This document shows positions 32,986-43,539 of a DNA stretch of 64,000 bases, one piece after another. How positions within the stretch are numbered: the first letter of the stretch is position 1; every line of letters begins with the position of its first letter. Made by a program: the position numbers and the translations under genes. Under the pieces are notes generated by a model. The model was not told the DNA's origin and searched no databases. It saw only the letters and a program-made list of their open reading frames with translations. The DNA is from Anaeromyxobacteraceae bacterium (lineage in GTDB: Bacteria > Myxococcota > Myxococcia > Myxococcales > Anaeromyxobacteraceae), in assembly GCA_047602405.1 (NCBI GenBank), contig JASGHJ010000002.1, positions 736,001-800,000 on the forward strand, in the 5' to 3' direction.

Positions 32986-34916
32986 GTGCGTCGTGGAAGC
33001 TGCACCGATCCAGCCGGTGAGAGTCCGGTCCGGGTAATCGCCGGAGAGCCCGGAAGCAGGCACCAGCTTGTCCGGGAGACCGGGCATGCCGAGCGGTGCG
33101 TCGAAAGCCTCACGTACGGAGGAAGCGAAGCGGCGGGCCGCAACAAGGTGAACGCTTCAGCCTCGACAGATCCTCAGCCGAAAGGTGTTCGGGAGCGCCG
33201 AGCCGGTCATGCCACGGCGAAGGCGATGCACAGCGTCCTTGGTCCGGAACGGACGCTGGGGCTCCCCGGGGTAGGGGCGGCGGCACGTCGCGAAGGATCG
33301 GTGTGGAACACGAGAGACCCTCGCCGGCAGCCCGCGTCGGGCAGAGACCGAGCGCATAAGACGGGAGTCGAAAGCGCGAGGAGCCGGAAGGGAGTCCGAG
33401 GGGCCCGTAGTACCGGTGAGGCGCGGGATAACCGCGCGGAGGGAAGGGGCCCTGCTTTGGTCGCGTCGGCACTGGGGGTAAGCGCGAGGGCATGGCCGTG
33501 AGGCCCAACACCCCCATCGACAAAGTGCGAGAACTCCAGCGCCGGCTTTACGTGGCCGCCAAGCGGAGCAGCACGCGGCGCTTTCACGCATTGTACGACC
33601 GGATCTGCAGGGGTGACGTCCTGCGGGAAGCGTGGAAGCGGGTGCGCAGCAACGGAGGCGCGGCAGGGGTGGACGGCGAGTCCATCCGGGCCATCGAGGA
33701 GAGCGGAGTCGAGGCGTTCCTCGAAGGGATCCAGGCCGATCTCCTGGCAGGCGAATACCGTCCCCTCCCGGTGAGGCGGCGGTACATCCCGAAGGCAGAC
33801 GGAAAGCAGCGGCCGCTCGGGATCCCGACGGTGCGGGATCGCGTGGCGCAGATGGCTGCGAAGTTGGTGCTCGAGCCGATCTTCGAGGCCGACTTCCTGT
33901 CGTCGAGCTACGGGTTCCGGCCGAAGCGGAGCGCGACGCAGGCGCTGGAGGCCATCCGCGAGGCTGGCAACCAGGGTCACAACTTCGTGCTCGACGCCGA
34001 CATCAAGGCGTACTTCGACAGCATCGACCAGCAGAAGCTGATGGCGATGGTGGCGGAGCGGATCTCGGACCGCAGGGTGCTGAAGCTCCTGCGGAAGTGG
34101 CTGGAGGCCGGGGTGATGGAGGAGGGCACGGTGAGAAACCCCGTGGCGGGAACGCCACAGGGTGGAGTGATCTCGCCGCTGCTCGCCAACGTCTACCTGC
34201 ACGAGCTCGACCGGATCTGGGCGCAGAGGTGCAAGCACCTCGGCGTCCTGGTGCGGTACGCCGACGACTTCGTCGTGATGTGTGGGACGGAGTCGAAGGT
34301 GAACGAGGCGAGGCGGCGCGTCGAGCTCATCATGGCGCGCCTCGGCCTGACGCTGCACCCGGAGAAGACGCGGATCGTCGATCTGAGGCGAGGAAAGGAA
34401 GGCTTCACCTTCCTCGGGTGCGTGAACCGGAAGCGGCGCAGCATCCAGCGGCGCCCCGACCGGCACTACATGCACCGCTGGCCCTCACCGAAGGCGATGA
34501 CCCGCGTCCGCGAGCGCGTCCACGAGCTGACGGACGTGCGCAGGAGCGGGGCGAAGGACGTGAAGGAGGTCATCGCGTCCGTGAACCCCGTCATCCGGGG
34601 CTGGGCCAACTACTTCCGGACCGGAACAGCGGATCGGGAGTTCAACCGCGTCGACTGGTACGTGCACGAACGGATCACGCGCTGGCTCCATCGGCGCGGT
34701 GGTCAGCGGACTCGCTATCAGTACGAGGCTTGGCCCTTCGAACGTCTCTTCGAGCTTGGCCTGCACCGCTGCATGGGCCGCGTCCGCTACCCCGCGCAAG
34801 CTGCCGCGCGAAGACCATCGTTAAGCCGTGTGCGGGAAACCCGCACGCACGGTTTGAAAGGAGGCCCTGGAACCAGGCTGGCCTAACGGCCGGTACTGCG
34901 CCAGGATCGACCAATG
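32986..34916 (+). mobile_element. Group II intron inserted immediately after the start codon of the LysR gene
   Basis: 5' GTGCG at 32986; domain V TAAGCCGTGTGCGGGAAACCCGCACGCACGGTTTG at 34822-34856 (AGC triad); domain VI with bulged A at 34910; EBS1 CATGC at 33208-33212; lower GC than flanks. Confidence 0.92.
33492..34886 (+). CDS. ltrA: Group II intron reverse transcriptase/maturase (no endonuclease domain)
   Basis: [67 protein letters not shown]. Confidence 0.96.
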   Translation: MAVRPNTPIDKVRELQRRLYVAAKRSSTRRFHALYDRICRGDVLREAWKRVRSNGGAAGVDGESIRAIEESGVEAFLEGIQADLLAGEYRPLPVRRRYIPKADGKQRPLGIPTVRDRVAQMAAKLVLEPIFEADFLSSSYGFRPKRSATQALEAIREAGNQGHNFVLDADIKAYFDSIDQQKLMAMVAERISDRRVLKLLRKWLEAGVMEEGTVRNPVAGTPQGGVISPLLANVYLHELDRIWAQRCKHLGVLVRYADDFVVMCGTESKVNEARRRVELIMARLGLTLHPEKTRIVDLRRGKEGFTFLGCVNRKRRSIQRRPDRHYMHRWPSPKAMTRVRERVHELTDVRRSGAKDVKEVIASVNPVIRGWANYFRTGTADREFNRVDWYVHERITRWLHRRGGQRTRYQYEAWPFERLFELGLHRCMGRVRYPAQAAARRPSLSRVRETRTHGLKGGPGTRLA

Positions 34917-35846
34917 CCGGCTCCCGCATCGCTCGACGATCTCGCGCTCCTCGTGGAGGTCGTGGCCCGGGGCGGCTTCGCGGCCGCCGGCGCCGCGCTC
35001 GGCGTGCGCAAGTCGACCGTGAGCCGCCGCCTCGCGGCGCTCGAGGCGCGGCTCGGGGTGCGGCTCCTCGAGCGCTCGGGGCGGGGCCACCGGCTCACCG
35101 AGGACGGGCGCCGCTACCACCAGGAGGCCGCCCGGATCGTCGCCGAGGCGCGGCGGCTCGACGAGCGCACCGGCGAGGCGCGCGGGGTGCCCCAGGGCAC
35201 GCTCCGCGTCGCGACGCTCGCGCTGCTCGGCGAGCTCCTCGCGCCGGTGCTCGCGGCGCTGCTCCTCAGGCACCCGCGCCTCGCCGTCGAGGTGGCCTTC
35301 GCCGAGCAGCACGTCGACCTCCTCGGCGGCGCGCACGACCTCGCGATCCGCACCGGCCCCCTGCCGGACTCGTCGCTCGTCGCGCGCCGGCTCGGCACGC
35401 TGCGGGCCGGGTGCTACGCGAGCCCGGCGTACCTCGCCCGCGCCGGCACCCCGCGGGCGCCGGGCGAGCTCACCGCGCACGAGGCCGTGCTGCTCGCACC
35501 GGCGGGCAGCGACGAGGTCTGGTTCTTCGGCGAGGGACGCGAAGCCCGGACCGTCCCGGTGGCTGGTCGGCTCCGGGTGGCGAGCCTCCGCGCGGTGCAG
35601 GCCGCGGCCCGGGCCGGGCTCGGCATCGCGCGCCTGCCGGCGTCGCTCGTGGCCGACGACGTCCGGGCCGGGCTCCTCGTGCAGGTGCTCGCGGCCGAGA
35701 CGCCTCCGGGGCTGCCGGTGCTCGCGGTGCTCGCCTCGCGGCAGCCGCCGGCGCGGGTGCGGGCGCTGCTCGAGCTCCTCGCCGAGCGCGGCGCGGCGGT
35801 GCCGTGGGAGCCGGTCGCGGGCCGGTCCCCTGTCCGTTCGTCCTGA
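34914..35846 (+). CDS. LysR-family transcriptional regulator
   Basis: GGFAAAGAALG..KSTVSRRLAALEARLGVRLLERS; DLAIR; CYASPAYL. Confidence 0.92.
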   Translation: MPAPASLDDLALLVEVVARGGFAAAGAALGVRKSTVSRRLAALEARLGVRLLERSGRGHRLTEDGRRYHQEAARIVAEARRLDERTGEARGVPQGTLRVATLALLGELLAPVLAALLLRHPRLAVEVAFAEQHVDLLGGAHDLAIRTGPLPDSSLVARRLGTLRAGCYASPAYLARAGTPRAPGELTAHEAVLLAPAGSDEVWFFGEGREARTVPVAGRLRVASLRAVQAAARAGLGIARLPASLVADDVRAGLLVQVLAAETPPGLPVLAVLASRQPPARVRALLELLAERGAAVPWEPVAGRSPVRSS

Positions 35847-35868
35847 GCGTGTCGAAGGGCGAACGGAC
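35832..35868 (+). repeat. REP-like palindromic repeat, copy 2
   Basis: GTCCGTTCGTCC-TGAGCGTGTCGAA-GGGCGAACGGAC hairpin, same core as 9833-9862. Confidence 0.7.
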
Positions 35869-35957
35869 CCGGGCCTCCTCCGGAACGGCGCGTTCCGGAG
35901 GAGGGCCTCCCGGGCCACCGGCCGCCCCGCTACACCACCGCCTCACGGGAGGCTGCC

Positions 35958-36323
35958 ATGCGAGACGGCGTGATGACGGACGGTGCGGTGGTGGACGTGA
36001 CCGACGCGACCTTCGCGGAGGTGGTGGAGCGGGCGGGGCTGCCCGTGCTGGTGGACTTCACGGCGGAGTGGTGCGCGCCGTGCCGGGTGCTCGAGCCGGT
36101 GCTCGAGGCGCTCGCGCGGGAGCGGGCCGGGTCGCTCCGCGTCGCGCGCCTCGACGTGGACGTGAACCAGGGGACCTCCGAGCGGTTCGGGGTGCGCTCG
36201 ATGCCGACGCTGCTCCTGTTCAGGGGCGGCCGGGTCGTGCAGCAGGTCGTGGGCGCCGTGTCGCGCGCCCGCCTCGAGAAGCTCCTCGAGGCGGCCGGGG
36301 AGGTGGGCGCCGGAGCGCGTTGA
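35958..36323 (+). CDS. Thioredoxin
   Basis: VLVDFTAEWCAPC, VRSMPTL; GGAGG RBS. Confidence 0.92.
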   Translation: MRDGVMTDGAVVDVTDATFAEVVERAGLPVLVDFTAEWCAPCRVLEPVLEALARERAGSLRVARLDVDVNQGTSERFGVRSMPTLLLFRGGRVVQQVVGAVSRARLEKLLEAAGEVGAGAR

Positions 36324-36378
36324 CCGGCGGGCGGTTGCGGCCTAGCGTCCGGGCGTTCGCCGAAGCCCGGGAGCCGTC

Positions 36379-39300
36379 ATGCACGTCCGCCGCCTCGCCG
36401 TCCTCGCCGCGCCCCTCCTCCTCGCCGCCTGCGGAGGGAGCAAGCCCGTGACCCACGCCACCCCGCTCTCCCTCGACGACCTCGGCGTCGAGGTGACGGC
36501 GGGGGCGAGCCGCGGCTACTTCTTCACCGACAAGGGCGACGCCTACCTGTACGGCGAGGCCGCGGGGCCGCAGGCGGTGAGCTGGCAAGGGTTCAACGTC
36601 CGCGGCTTCACGTTCGTGGACGACTGGCACTGGAGCACGGCCGGCGCGGGCGGGGCGTTCACCGCGCTCGGCTGGAGCCACTTCGCCGGGGCCACGGTCT
36701 TCCCGGACCGGGCCGTGCGCAGGTACGCGGGCGGCCTGTCGGAGACGATCACGGTCGTCGAGGGCAAGCGGGCCCTCCTCGTCGAGCCCGCCGGCGCCGG
36801 GGCGCTCCTCTTCCGGCCGGTCCTCGCCGACTCCACGAAGGCCTCCTCCTACGAGGTGCGGCTCGTCTCGAGCGGCATCGCCATCGCGCGCACGAACCAC
36901 CTCACCCAGAACGGCCCGAACGACTGGCCGGTCTGGCTCGTCGCGAAGGCGGCGGGCTCCACCGGCTCCACGGAGGGCCTGCTGGTCGACGGCGGGGGCC
37001 TGAAGCCGAAGCTGTTCTCGCCGGCCTCCCTCCTGCTCGCCGCTCCGGCCCCGGTCGCGCTCGCGGTGGGCGAGACGCTCGCCGAGGCGGAGGCCGCCGC
37101 CGACGCGGTGCTCGCCGGCGCCGCGGCCGCGAAGGCCGCCCGACGCGATCGCCTCGCGGCGCTGCTCGAGGAGGGCTGGGTGCGCACCGGCGACCCGGCG
37201 TTCGACCGCGCCGCGGCCTGGATCCGCCTCTCCATGGACGCGCTCGTCATGGACCAGCAGGGGAAGGGGATCTTCGCGGGCCTGCCCTGGTTCAACAACT
37301 ACTGGGGGCGCGACACGTTCATCACGCTCGCGGGCTCGCACCTCGCGACCGGGCGCTGGGAGGAGGCGGAGGAGATCCTCTCGGCGTTCGCGGCCCACCA
37401 GGACGTGGACGACGCCTCCGCCACCTATGGCCGCATCCCGAACCAGGTGAGCCTCTCCGGCGTCTCCTACAACACCGCCGACGGCACGCCCTGGTTCGTC
37501 GTGCAGGCCGCCGCCACGCTCGATCGCACCGGCGACGCGGCCTTCGCCGCCGAGATCTGGCCGGTGGTCGAGCGCGCGACCGCGGGCGCGCTGCGCCACG
37601 TGGACGCGCAGGGCTTCCTCCTGCACGGCGACCAGGAGACCTGGATGGACGCCACCGGGCCGGACGGTCCGTACACGCCCCGCGGCTCCCGGGCGGTCGA
37701 GATCCAGGGGCTCTTCCACCGGCAGCTCGTCGCCTCTGCGGCGATCGCCGATCGCGTGGGCGCCGCGGCCGAGGCGGCCGCGTGGCGCGCCGCCGACGCG
37801 AAGCTCGTGGCGGCGTTCCTGCCCGCCTACACGGACCCGGCGCGGCTCACGCTCCTCGACCGGCTCCGCGCGGACGGCAGCGCCGACGCGCAGGTCCGGC
37901 CGAACCAGCTCATCGCGCTGCGGGCGATGCAGGACGTCCTGCCGGCCGGGACCGTGCGGAGCATGGCGCGCGGCGCGGCGGAGCGGCTCGGCTACCCGCA
38001 CGGCGTCGCGTCGCTCTGGCCGGCGGACCCGGCGTTCCACCCGTACCACCTGCTGCCCGGCTACTACCCGAAGGACGCCGCGTACCACAACGGCGTGGTC
38101 TGGTGCTGGCTGTCGGGGCCGCTCGTCTCGCTGATGGCCGGCGAGGGCGCGGCGGAGAAGGCCTACGAGCAGCTCCGGTCGCTCGGCGGGCTCGCGCTCG
38201 AGCGCGCCACCATCGGCACGCTCCCGGAGCTCCTCGACGCGCTGCCGCGCCTCGCCGCGGGCAGCCAGCCGCCCGCGCTCGGCGACGGGGAGCCCGAGCC
38301 CGCGGGGACGCCGTTCCAGGCGTGGTCGCACGGGGAGTACCTCCGGAACGTCTGGGAGGACCTCGTCGGCGTGAGGTACGCGAGCCCGGCGCGCGTCACC
38401 CTCGCGCCGCACCTCCCCGCCGCGTGGGGCGTCACGACCGCGCGCTTCCGGATGGGGGACGGCGCGGTGGTCGCGACGCTCACGCCCGGCGCGGGGTCGC
38501 TCGCGGTGGAGCTCACCGGGGAGGGTGCGCTGCCGGCCGGGGCGACCGTGACGATCGAGGCCCTCGGCGCCTCGCGCGAGGTCGCGGTCGCGAGGGGCAA
38601 GACCGCGAGGGCGAAGCTCGGCGGCGCCGGGGCGGCCACGGGCTGGGAGGGCTTCACCTGGCACGACGTCGAGCTCCCGCTGAACCTCCCGGCGCTGCAG
38701 CTCCCCGGGTTCGTGGTGCTCGACCGCGCCGTCATCAAGGCGCCCGCGGAGGCGGGCGCGACCACCCGGCTGGCGCTGAGCGACCCCGCGGGCGACGACA
38801 CCGGGCCGGCGGGCATGAGCTACACGTACCCCACCGACGTCCACTTCCAGCCCGGGATCCTCGACCTCACCGGCTTCGAGCTCCGCGAGGACTCGAGCGC
38901 GTTCCACGTGGCGCTCGACTTCGCGAACCTGGTGCAGCCGGGCTGGAACCCCCAGGACGGCTTCCAGCTCACCTACGCCGCGATCGTGTTCGACACGGGC
39001 ACGGCCGCCTCGGTCGGCACCGTGGTCGCGCACAAGTCGGGCTACACGCTGCCCGCCGGCTCCGGCTACGAGTTCGCGATCTACGTCGGGGCCGGGCTCG
39101 AGGTCGCCGACGCGGCGGGGGCCGTGCTCGCGACGTACGTGCCGGCGGGCGGCGACGTCGTCGACCCGCTCGGCTCCGCCGACACCCGCCGCGTCTCCTT
39201 CCGGCTCCCGAAGACCGTCATCCCGGCGCTGCCGGCGGGCACGAAGGTGACGCTGCTCGTCGGGAGCCAGGACGACTACGGCAACGGGAGCATGGGCGAC

Positions 39301-39399
39301 TTCCGTGCGGTGGCGATCGAGGCAGGGCAGTGGACCGGCGGCGGCAACACCGCGAGCGGCCCGTTCTTCTACGACCTCGCCGCCGGGATCCTGCAGTAG
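36379..39399 (+). CDS. Lipoprotein amylo-alpha-1,6-glucosidase-like enzyme with C-terminal glucodextranase DOMON-like domain
   Basis: Lipobox LAAC; IFAGLPWF..YWGRDTFI, YNTADGTPWF, TWMDA, AVEIQ, YHNG, QAWS; tail DPAGDDTGP...YPT...ILDLT. Confidence 0.82.
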   Translation: MHVRRLAVLAAPLLLAACGGSKPVTHATPLSLDDLGVEVTAGASRGYFFTDKGDAYLYGEAAGPQAVSWQGFNVRGFTFVDDWHWSTAGAGGAFTALGWSHFAGATVFPDRAVRRYAGGLSETITVVEGKRALLVEPAGAGALLFRPVLADSTKASSYEVRLVSSGIAIARTNHLTQNGPNDWPVWLVAKAAGSTGSTEGLLVDGGGLKPKLFSPASLLLAAPAPVALAVGETLAEAEAAADAVLAGAAAAKAARRDRLAALLEEGWVRTGDPAFDRAAAWIRLSMDALVMDQQGKGIFAGLPWFNNYWGRDTFITLAGSHLATGRWEEAEEILSAFAAHQDVDDASATYGRIPNQVSLSGVSYNTADGTPWFVVQAAATLDRTGDAAFAAEIWPVVERATAGALRHVDAQGFLLHGDQETWMDATGPDGPYTPRGSRAVEIQGLFHRQLVASAAIADRVGAAAEAAAWRAADAKLVAAFLPAYTDPARLTLLDRLRADGSADAQVRPNQLIALRAMQDVLPAGTVRSMARGAAERLGYPHGVASLWPADPAFHPYHLLPGYYPKDAAYHNGVVWCWLSGPLVSLMAGEGAAEKAYEQLRSLGGLALERATIGTLPELLDALPRLAAGSQPPALGDGEPEPAGTPFQAWSHGEYLRNVWEDLVGVRYASPARVTLAPHLPAAWGVTTARFRMGDGAVVATLTPGAGSLAVELTGEGALPAGATVTIEALGASREVAVARGKTARAKLGGAGAATGWEGFTWHDVELPLNLPALQLPGFVVLDRAVIKAPAEAGATTRLALSDPAGDDTGPAGMSYTYPTDVHFQPGILDLTGFELREDSSAFHVALDFANLVQPGWNPQDGFQLTYAAIVFDTGTAASVGTVVAHKSGYTLPAGSGYEFAIYVGAGLEVADAAGAVLATYVPAGGDVVDPLGSADTRRVSFRLPKTVIPALPAGTKVTLLVGSQDDYGNGSMGDFRAVAIEAGQWTGGGNTASGPFFYDLAAGILQ

Positions 39400-39433
39400 G
39401 GCCCGCGTCAGCCCTGCACGCTAGTTCAGGGGT

Positions 39434-40273
39434 GTGCGGCTCCTCTTCCTCTCGGACACCCACGCCGGCCTCGACCTCTCGCCGCGCCCGCGGGGACGGC
39501 GGCCGCCCGGCGCCGACCGCCACCTCGAGCGCCTCTGGCGCGCGCTCGCGCCGGCGCGGGCGGGAGAGGTCGACGCCGTGCTGCACGGGGGCGACCTCCT
39601 CTACCGGAGCAAGGTGCCCGCCTGGCTCGCCGAGGCCGCGCTCGCGCCGCTCCGCGAGGTCGCGAACCTCGGCGTGCCGGTGCTCCTCGTGCCCGGCAAC
39701 CACGAGCGCGGCCGCGTGCCATACCCGCTCCTCGCCCGCCACGAGCGCCTGCTCGTGTTCGACCGGCCGCGCACCTTCACGATCGAGGCGGGCGGCCTGC
39801 GGGCGGCGTTCGGCGGCTTCCCGTACGCCCAGGCCGTGCGGGCGCGCTTCCCGGCGCTCCTCGACGAGACGGGGCTCGCCGGGGCGGAGGCGGACGTCCG
39901 GCTCCTCTGCCTCCACCACTGCGTCGAGGGGGCGACCTGCGGCCCGGGCGACTTCACGTTCACGGTGGGCGACGACGTCGTCCGCCGGCGCGACCTGCCG
40001 GCGTGGGCGGCCGCGGTGCTCTCGGGCCACATCCATCGCTGCCAGGTGCTGCCGGGCGAGCCGCCGGTCGTCTACGCGGGATCGACCGAGCGCACCTCCC
40101 GCGCCGAGGCGGACGAGCCCAAGGGCGTCCTCACGCTCCGCGTCGGCCGGCGCGGCGTGGACGCGATCGCGTTCTCTCCGTTCCCGGACGCCGCCGCCGC
40201 CGACCCGGCGGCGTTGCCCCCGGGCGAGGGGGTCCTCACCGTTCGGTCACCATGGCAAGACTCCCCGTCCTGA
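39434..40273 (+). CDS. Calcineurin-like metallophosphoesterase (SbcD/Mre11-like)
   Basis: SDTH, GGDL, PGNHE, HH, SGHIH, YAGS. Confidence 0.85.
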   Translation: MRLLFLSDTHAGLDLSPRPRGRRPPGADRHLERLWRALAPARAGEVDAVLHGGDLLYRSKVPAWLAEAALAPLREVANLGVPVLLVPGNHERGRVPYPLLARHERLLVFDRPRTFTIEAGGLRAAFGGFPYAQAVRARFPALLDETGLAGAEADVRLLCLHHCVEGATCGPGDFTFTVGDDVVRRRDLPAWAAAVLSGHIHRCQVLPGEPPVVYAGSTERTSRAEADEPKGVLTLRVGRRGVDAIAFSPFPDAAAADPAALPPGEGVLTVRSPWQDSPS

Positions 40274-43200
40274 GCGCGTGGCCGGTCGCGCGGCAGCTCA
40301 CCTCGCGCGACACGGCCGGGCTCGGCGCGACCGCCGCGAGCGACCGCACCCGCGACCTCCGCCCCCGCACCGAGACCGCCGACCGCGTCGCGCGGTCCAT
40401 CTGCCCTTACTGCGCGGTCGGCTGCGGGCAGCTCGTCTACGTGAAGGACGAGCGCATCGTGGACATCGAGGGCGACCCCGACTCGCCGATCTCGCAGGGC
40501 TGCCTCTGCCCGAAGGGCGCCGCGACGTTCCAGCTCGTCACGGGCTCGCACCGCACGAAGGAGGTCCTGTACCGTCGGCCGGGCGGCACCGCGTGGGAGA
40601 CGCTCCCGCTCGAGCGGGCCATGGACATGGTCGCCGAGCGCGTGAAGCGGGCGCGCGACGCGCACTGGGAGGAGCGGGTCGAGGACCCGGCCGGCCGCCA
40701 CCACGGCCAGCGCGTGCGGCGCACCCTGTCGATGGCGCACCTCGGCGGCGCGACCCTCGACAACGAGGAGAACTACCTCCTCAAGAAGCTCTACACCGCG
40801 CTCGGCATCGTGCAGGTGGAGAACCAGGCCCGGATCTGACACAGCTCCACGGTCCCCGGTCTGGGGATCTCGTTCGGACGCGGCGGCGCCACCACGTTCC
40901 AGCAGGACCTCCAGAACGCGGACTGGATCGTGATCCAGGGGTCCAACATGGCCGAGGCCCACCCGGTGGGCTTCCGCTGGGTCATGGAGGCGAAGAGCCG
41001 CGGCGCGACGATCATCCACGTCGACCCGCGCTTCTCCCGCACGAGCGCGGTCGCGGACCTCCACGTGCCGCTCCGAACCGGCACCGACGTGCTGTTCCTC
41101 GGCGCGATCGTCCGGCACGCGCTCGAGACCGGGCAGTTCTTCAAGGAGTACGTCCTCGAGTACACGAACGCCGCCACGATCGTGGACGAGGAGTTCAGGG
41201 ACACCGAGGACCTCGACGGCCTCTTCAGCGGCTACGACCGGGAGCAGCAGAACTACTGCTGGGAGAGCTGGCGCTACGACGGCGTGGGTGGGGTCGTGCC
41301 CGCGGCCGGCCACAAGGAGGCGGTCACCGGGCACCCCACCGCGGGCGGCGGCCCCGCCGACGCGGCGCACATGCGCGCGCGGAAGACCGATCCGACGCTC
41401 GAGCACCCGCGCTGCGTGTTCCAGCTCCTCCGGAAGCACTTCGCGCGCTACACGCCGGAGCTCGTCGAGCGCACGTGCGGCGTCCCGCGCGCGCAGTTCC
41501 TCCAGGTGGCCGAGACGCTCTGCAAGAACTCCGGGCGCGAGCGCACCGGCGCGTTCTGCTACGCGGTCGGCTGGACGCAGCACTCCATCGGCGTGCAGTA
41601 CATCCGCACCGCCGCGATCCTCCAGCTCCTCCTCGGCAACATGGGCCGCCCGGGCGGCGGGATCATGGCCCTGCGCGGGCACGCGTCGATCCAGGGCTCG
41701 ACGGACATCCCGACGCTCTACGATTCTGTTGCCCGGGTACCTGCCGATGCCGCACGCGGTGCTGCCCGACCGCGGCTTCGAGCAGTACGTGAAGAACAAC
41801 CGCTCCCCGACCGGCTGGTGGAGCGAGTTCCCGAAGTACGCGGTCTCGCTCATGAAGGCCTGGTTCGGCGCGGCCGCCACCCGCGAGAACGGGTGGATGT
41901 TCGACGCCCTGCCGCGCCTCACCGGCAACCACTCGCACATGACGACGGTCGGCGAGATGGCCGACGGCAACGTCGAGGGGTACCTCGTCCTGGGCGAGAA
42001 CCCGACCGTCGGCTCGATGCAGGGCGCGCTGCACAGGAAGGGGCTGCGCGCCGCGAAGTGGGTGGTGATCCGCGACTTCGCGCCGACCGAGACCGCCGAG
42101 TTCTGGCGGGTGGCGCCGGAGATCGCGCGCGGCGAGGTCCGCACCGAGGACATCGAGACCGAGGTCTTCTTCTTCCCGGCGGCGACGCACGTCGAGAAGG
42201 AGGGCACCTTCACGAACACGCAGCGGCTGCTCCAGTTCCGCGAGCGCGCCGTGGAGCCGCCCGGCGACTGCCGCAGCGACCTCTGGTTCGTCTACCACCT
42301 CGGCCGGCGGCTGAAGGCGCTCTACGCCGGCTCCGCCGACGAGCGCGACGCAGGGCTCGCGGCGCTCACCTGGGACTACCGGACCCGCGGCCCGCAGGCG
42401 GAGCCCGACGCCGAGGAGGTGCTCCGGGAGATCAACGGCTTCACCGTCGCGGACGGGAAGCCGGTGCCCGGCTTCGCGCAGCTGAAGGACGACGGCTCGA
42501 CGGCGTGCGGATGCTGGATTTACTCGGGCTGCTACGCGAACGGCGTGAACCAGGCCGCGCGCCGCAAGCCCGCGCGCGAGCAGACCTGGGTCGCGCCGGA
42601 GTGGGGCTGGGCCTGGCCCGCCAACCGGCGCCTCCTCTACAGCCGCGCCTCCGCGGATCCCGACGGGAAGCCATGGTCGGAGCGCAAGCGCTACGTCTGG
42701 TGGGACGAGGGCCAGCGGCGCTGGACCGGCTTCGACGTGCCGGACTTCATCGCCGATCGCCCCCCGTCCTACCGCCCGCCGGAGGACGCGGAGGGCACCG
42801 CCACCATCGGCGGCACCGATCCGTTCATCATGCAGGCCGACGGCAAGGGCTGGCTCTACGCGCCCTCCGGGCTCCTCGACGGGCCGCTGCCCACGCACTA
42901 CGAGCCGGTCGAGTCGGCGATGAAGAACCCGCTCTACGGGCAGCAGTGCAACCCGGCCCGGCTCGAGTGGGACCGCCCCGACAACCCGTACCACCAGCCG
43001 TGGGCCGACCCGCGCTTCCCGCACGTGCTGACGACGTACCGCCTCACCGAGCACCACACCGCGGGGGGGATGTCACGCTGGCTGACCTGGCTCTCGGAGC
43101 TCCAGCCGGAGATGTTCTGCGAGGTCTCGCCGGAGCTCGCGGGCGAGCGCGGGCTCGAGCACGGCGGCTGGGCGACGATCTCCACCGCGCGCGGGGACAT

Positions 43201-43534
43201 CGAGTGCCGCGTGCTCGTCACGCGCCGCCTGCGGCCGCTCCGCATCGACGGACAGTGGGTGCACACCATCGGGCTCCCTTACCACTGGAGCTACCTCGGG
43301 CGCGTCACCGGCGACCCCGCGAACGAGCTCATCCCGTTCGTCGCCGACCCGAACGTCGGCATCCAGGAGTCGAAGGCCTTCACCGGCCAGATCCGGGCGG
43401 GCCGCCACTCGTTCGGCTGGCGGGCCGCGAGCGACGGGAACGCGCGAGGGGCGCCCGCGCCCGCCACCGCGGGCCGTGACCTGCCCGGCCTGCGCCGTCC
43501 GCTCCGCGGTCCCATCATCGAACCGAGGCGGTGA
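40252..43534 (+). CDS. fdhA: Selenocysteine-containing formate dehydrogenase alpha subunit; Sec at 40837-40839; +1 frameshift near 41724
   Basis: CPYCAVGC...LCPKG Fe-S motif; ENQARI-TGA-HSST; GSNMAEAHPVGF, GWTQH, ALRGH, EKEGTFTNTQR, TYRLTEH. Confidence 0.92.
40840..40869 (+). promoter_or_regulatory. Bacterial SECIS element
   Basis: Stem GGTCCCC/GGGGATC with GGTCT loop, starting 11 nt after the in-frame TGA. Confidence 0.8.
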
Positions 43535-43539
43535 CCGCG

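Noticed and set aside
32901..33146. AraC N-terminal extension to 33146
   Set aside because: It runs antisense into intron domain I and across the LysR promoter region; the real start is likely at or below 32984.
33492..34886. Reverse transcriptase as retron, DGR, CRISPR-RT or defence RT
   Set aside because: It has maturase features and is enclosed by a GTGCG start and domains V/VI; no template/variable repeat pair, msr-msd or cas genes seen.
40837..40839. TGA as a nonsense mutation in fdhA
   Set aside because: It falls at the conserved Sec/Cys ligand position (ARI-U-H) and is followed by a SECIS hairpin.
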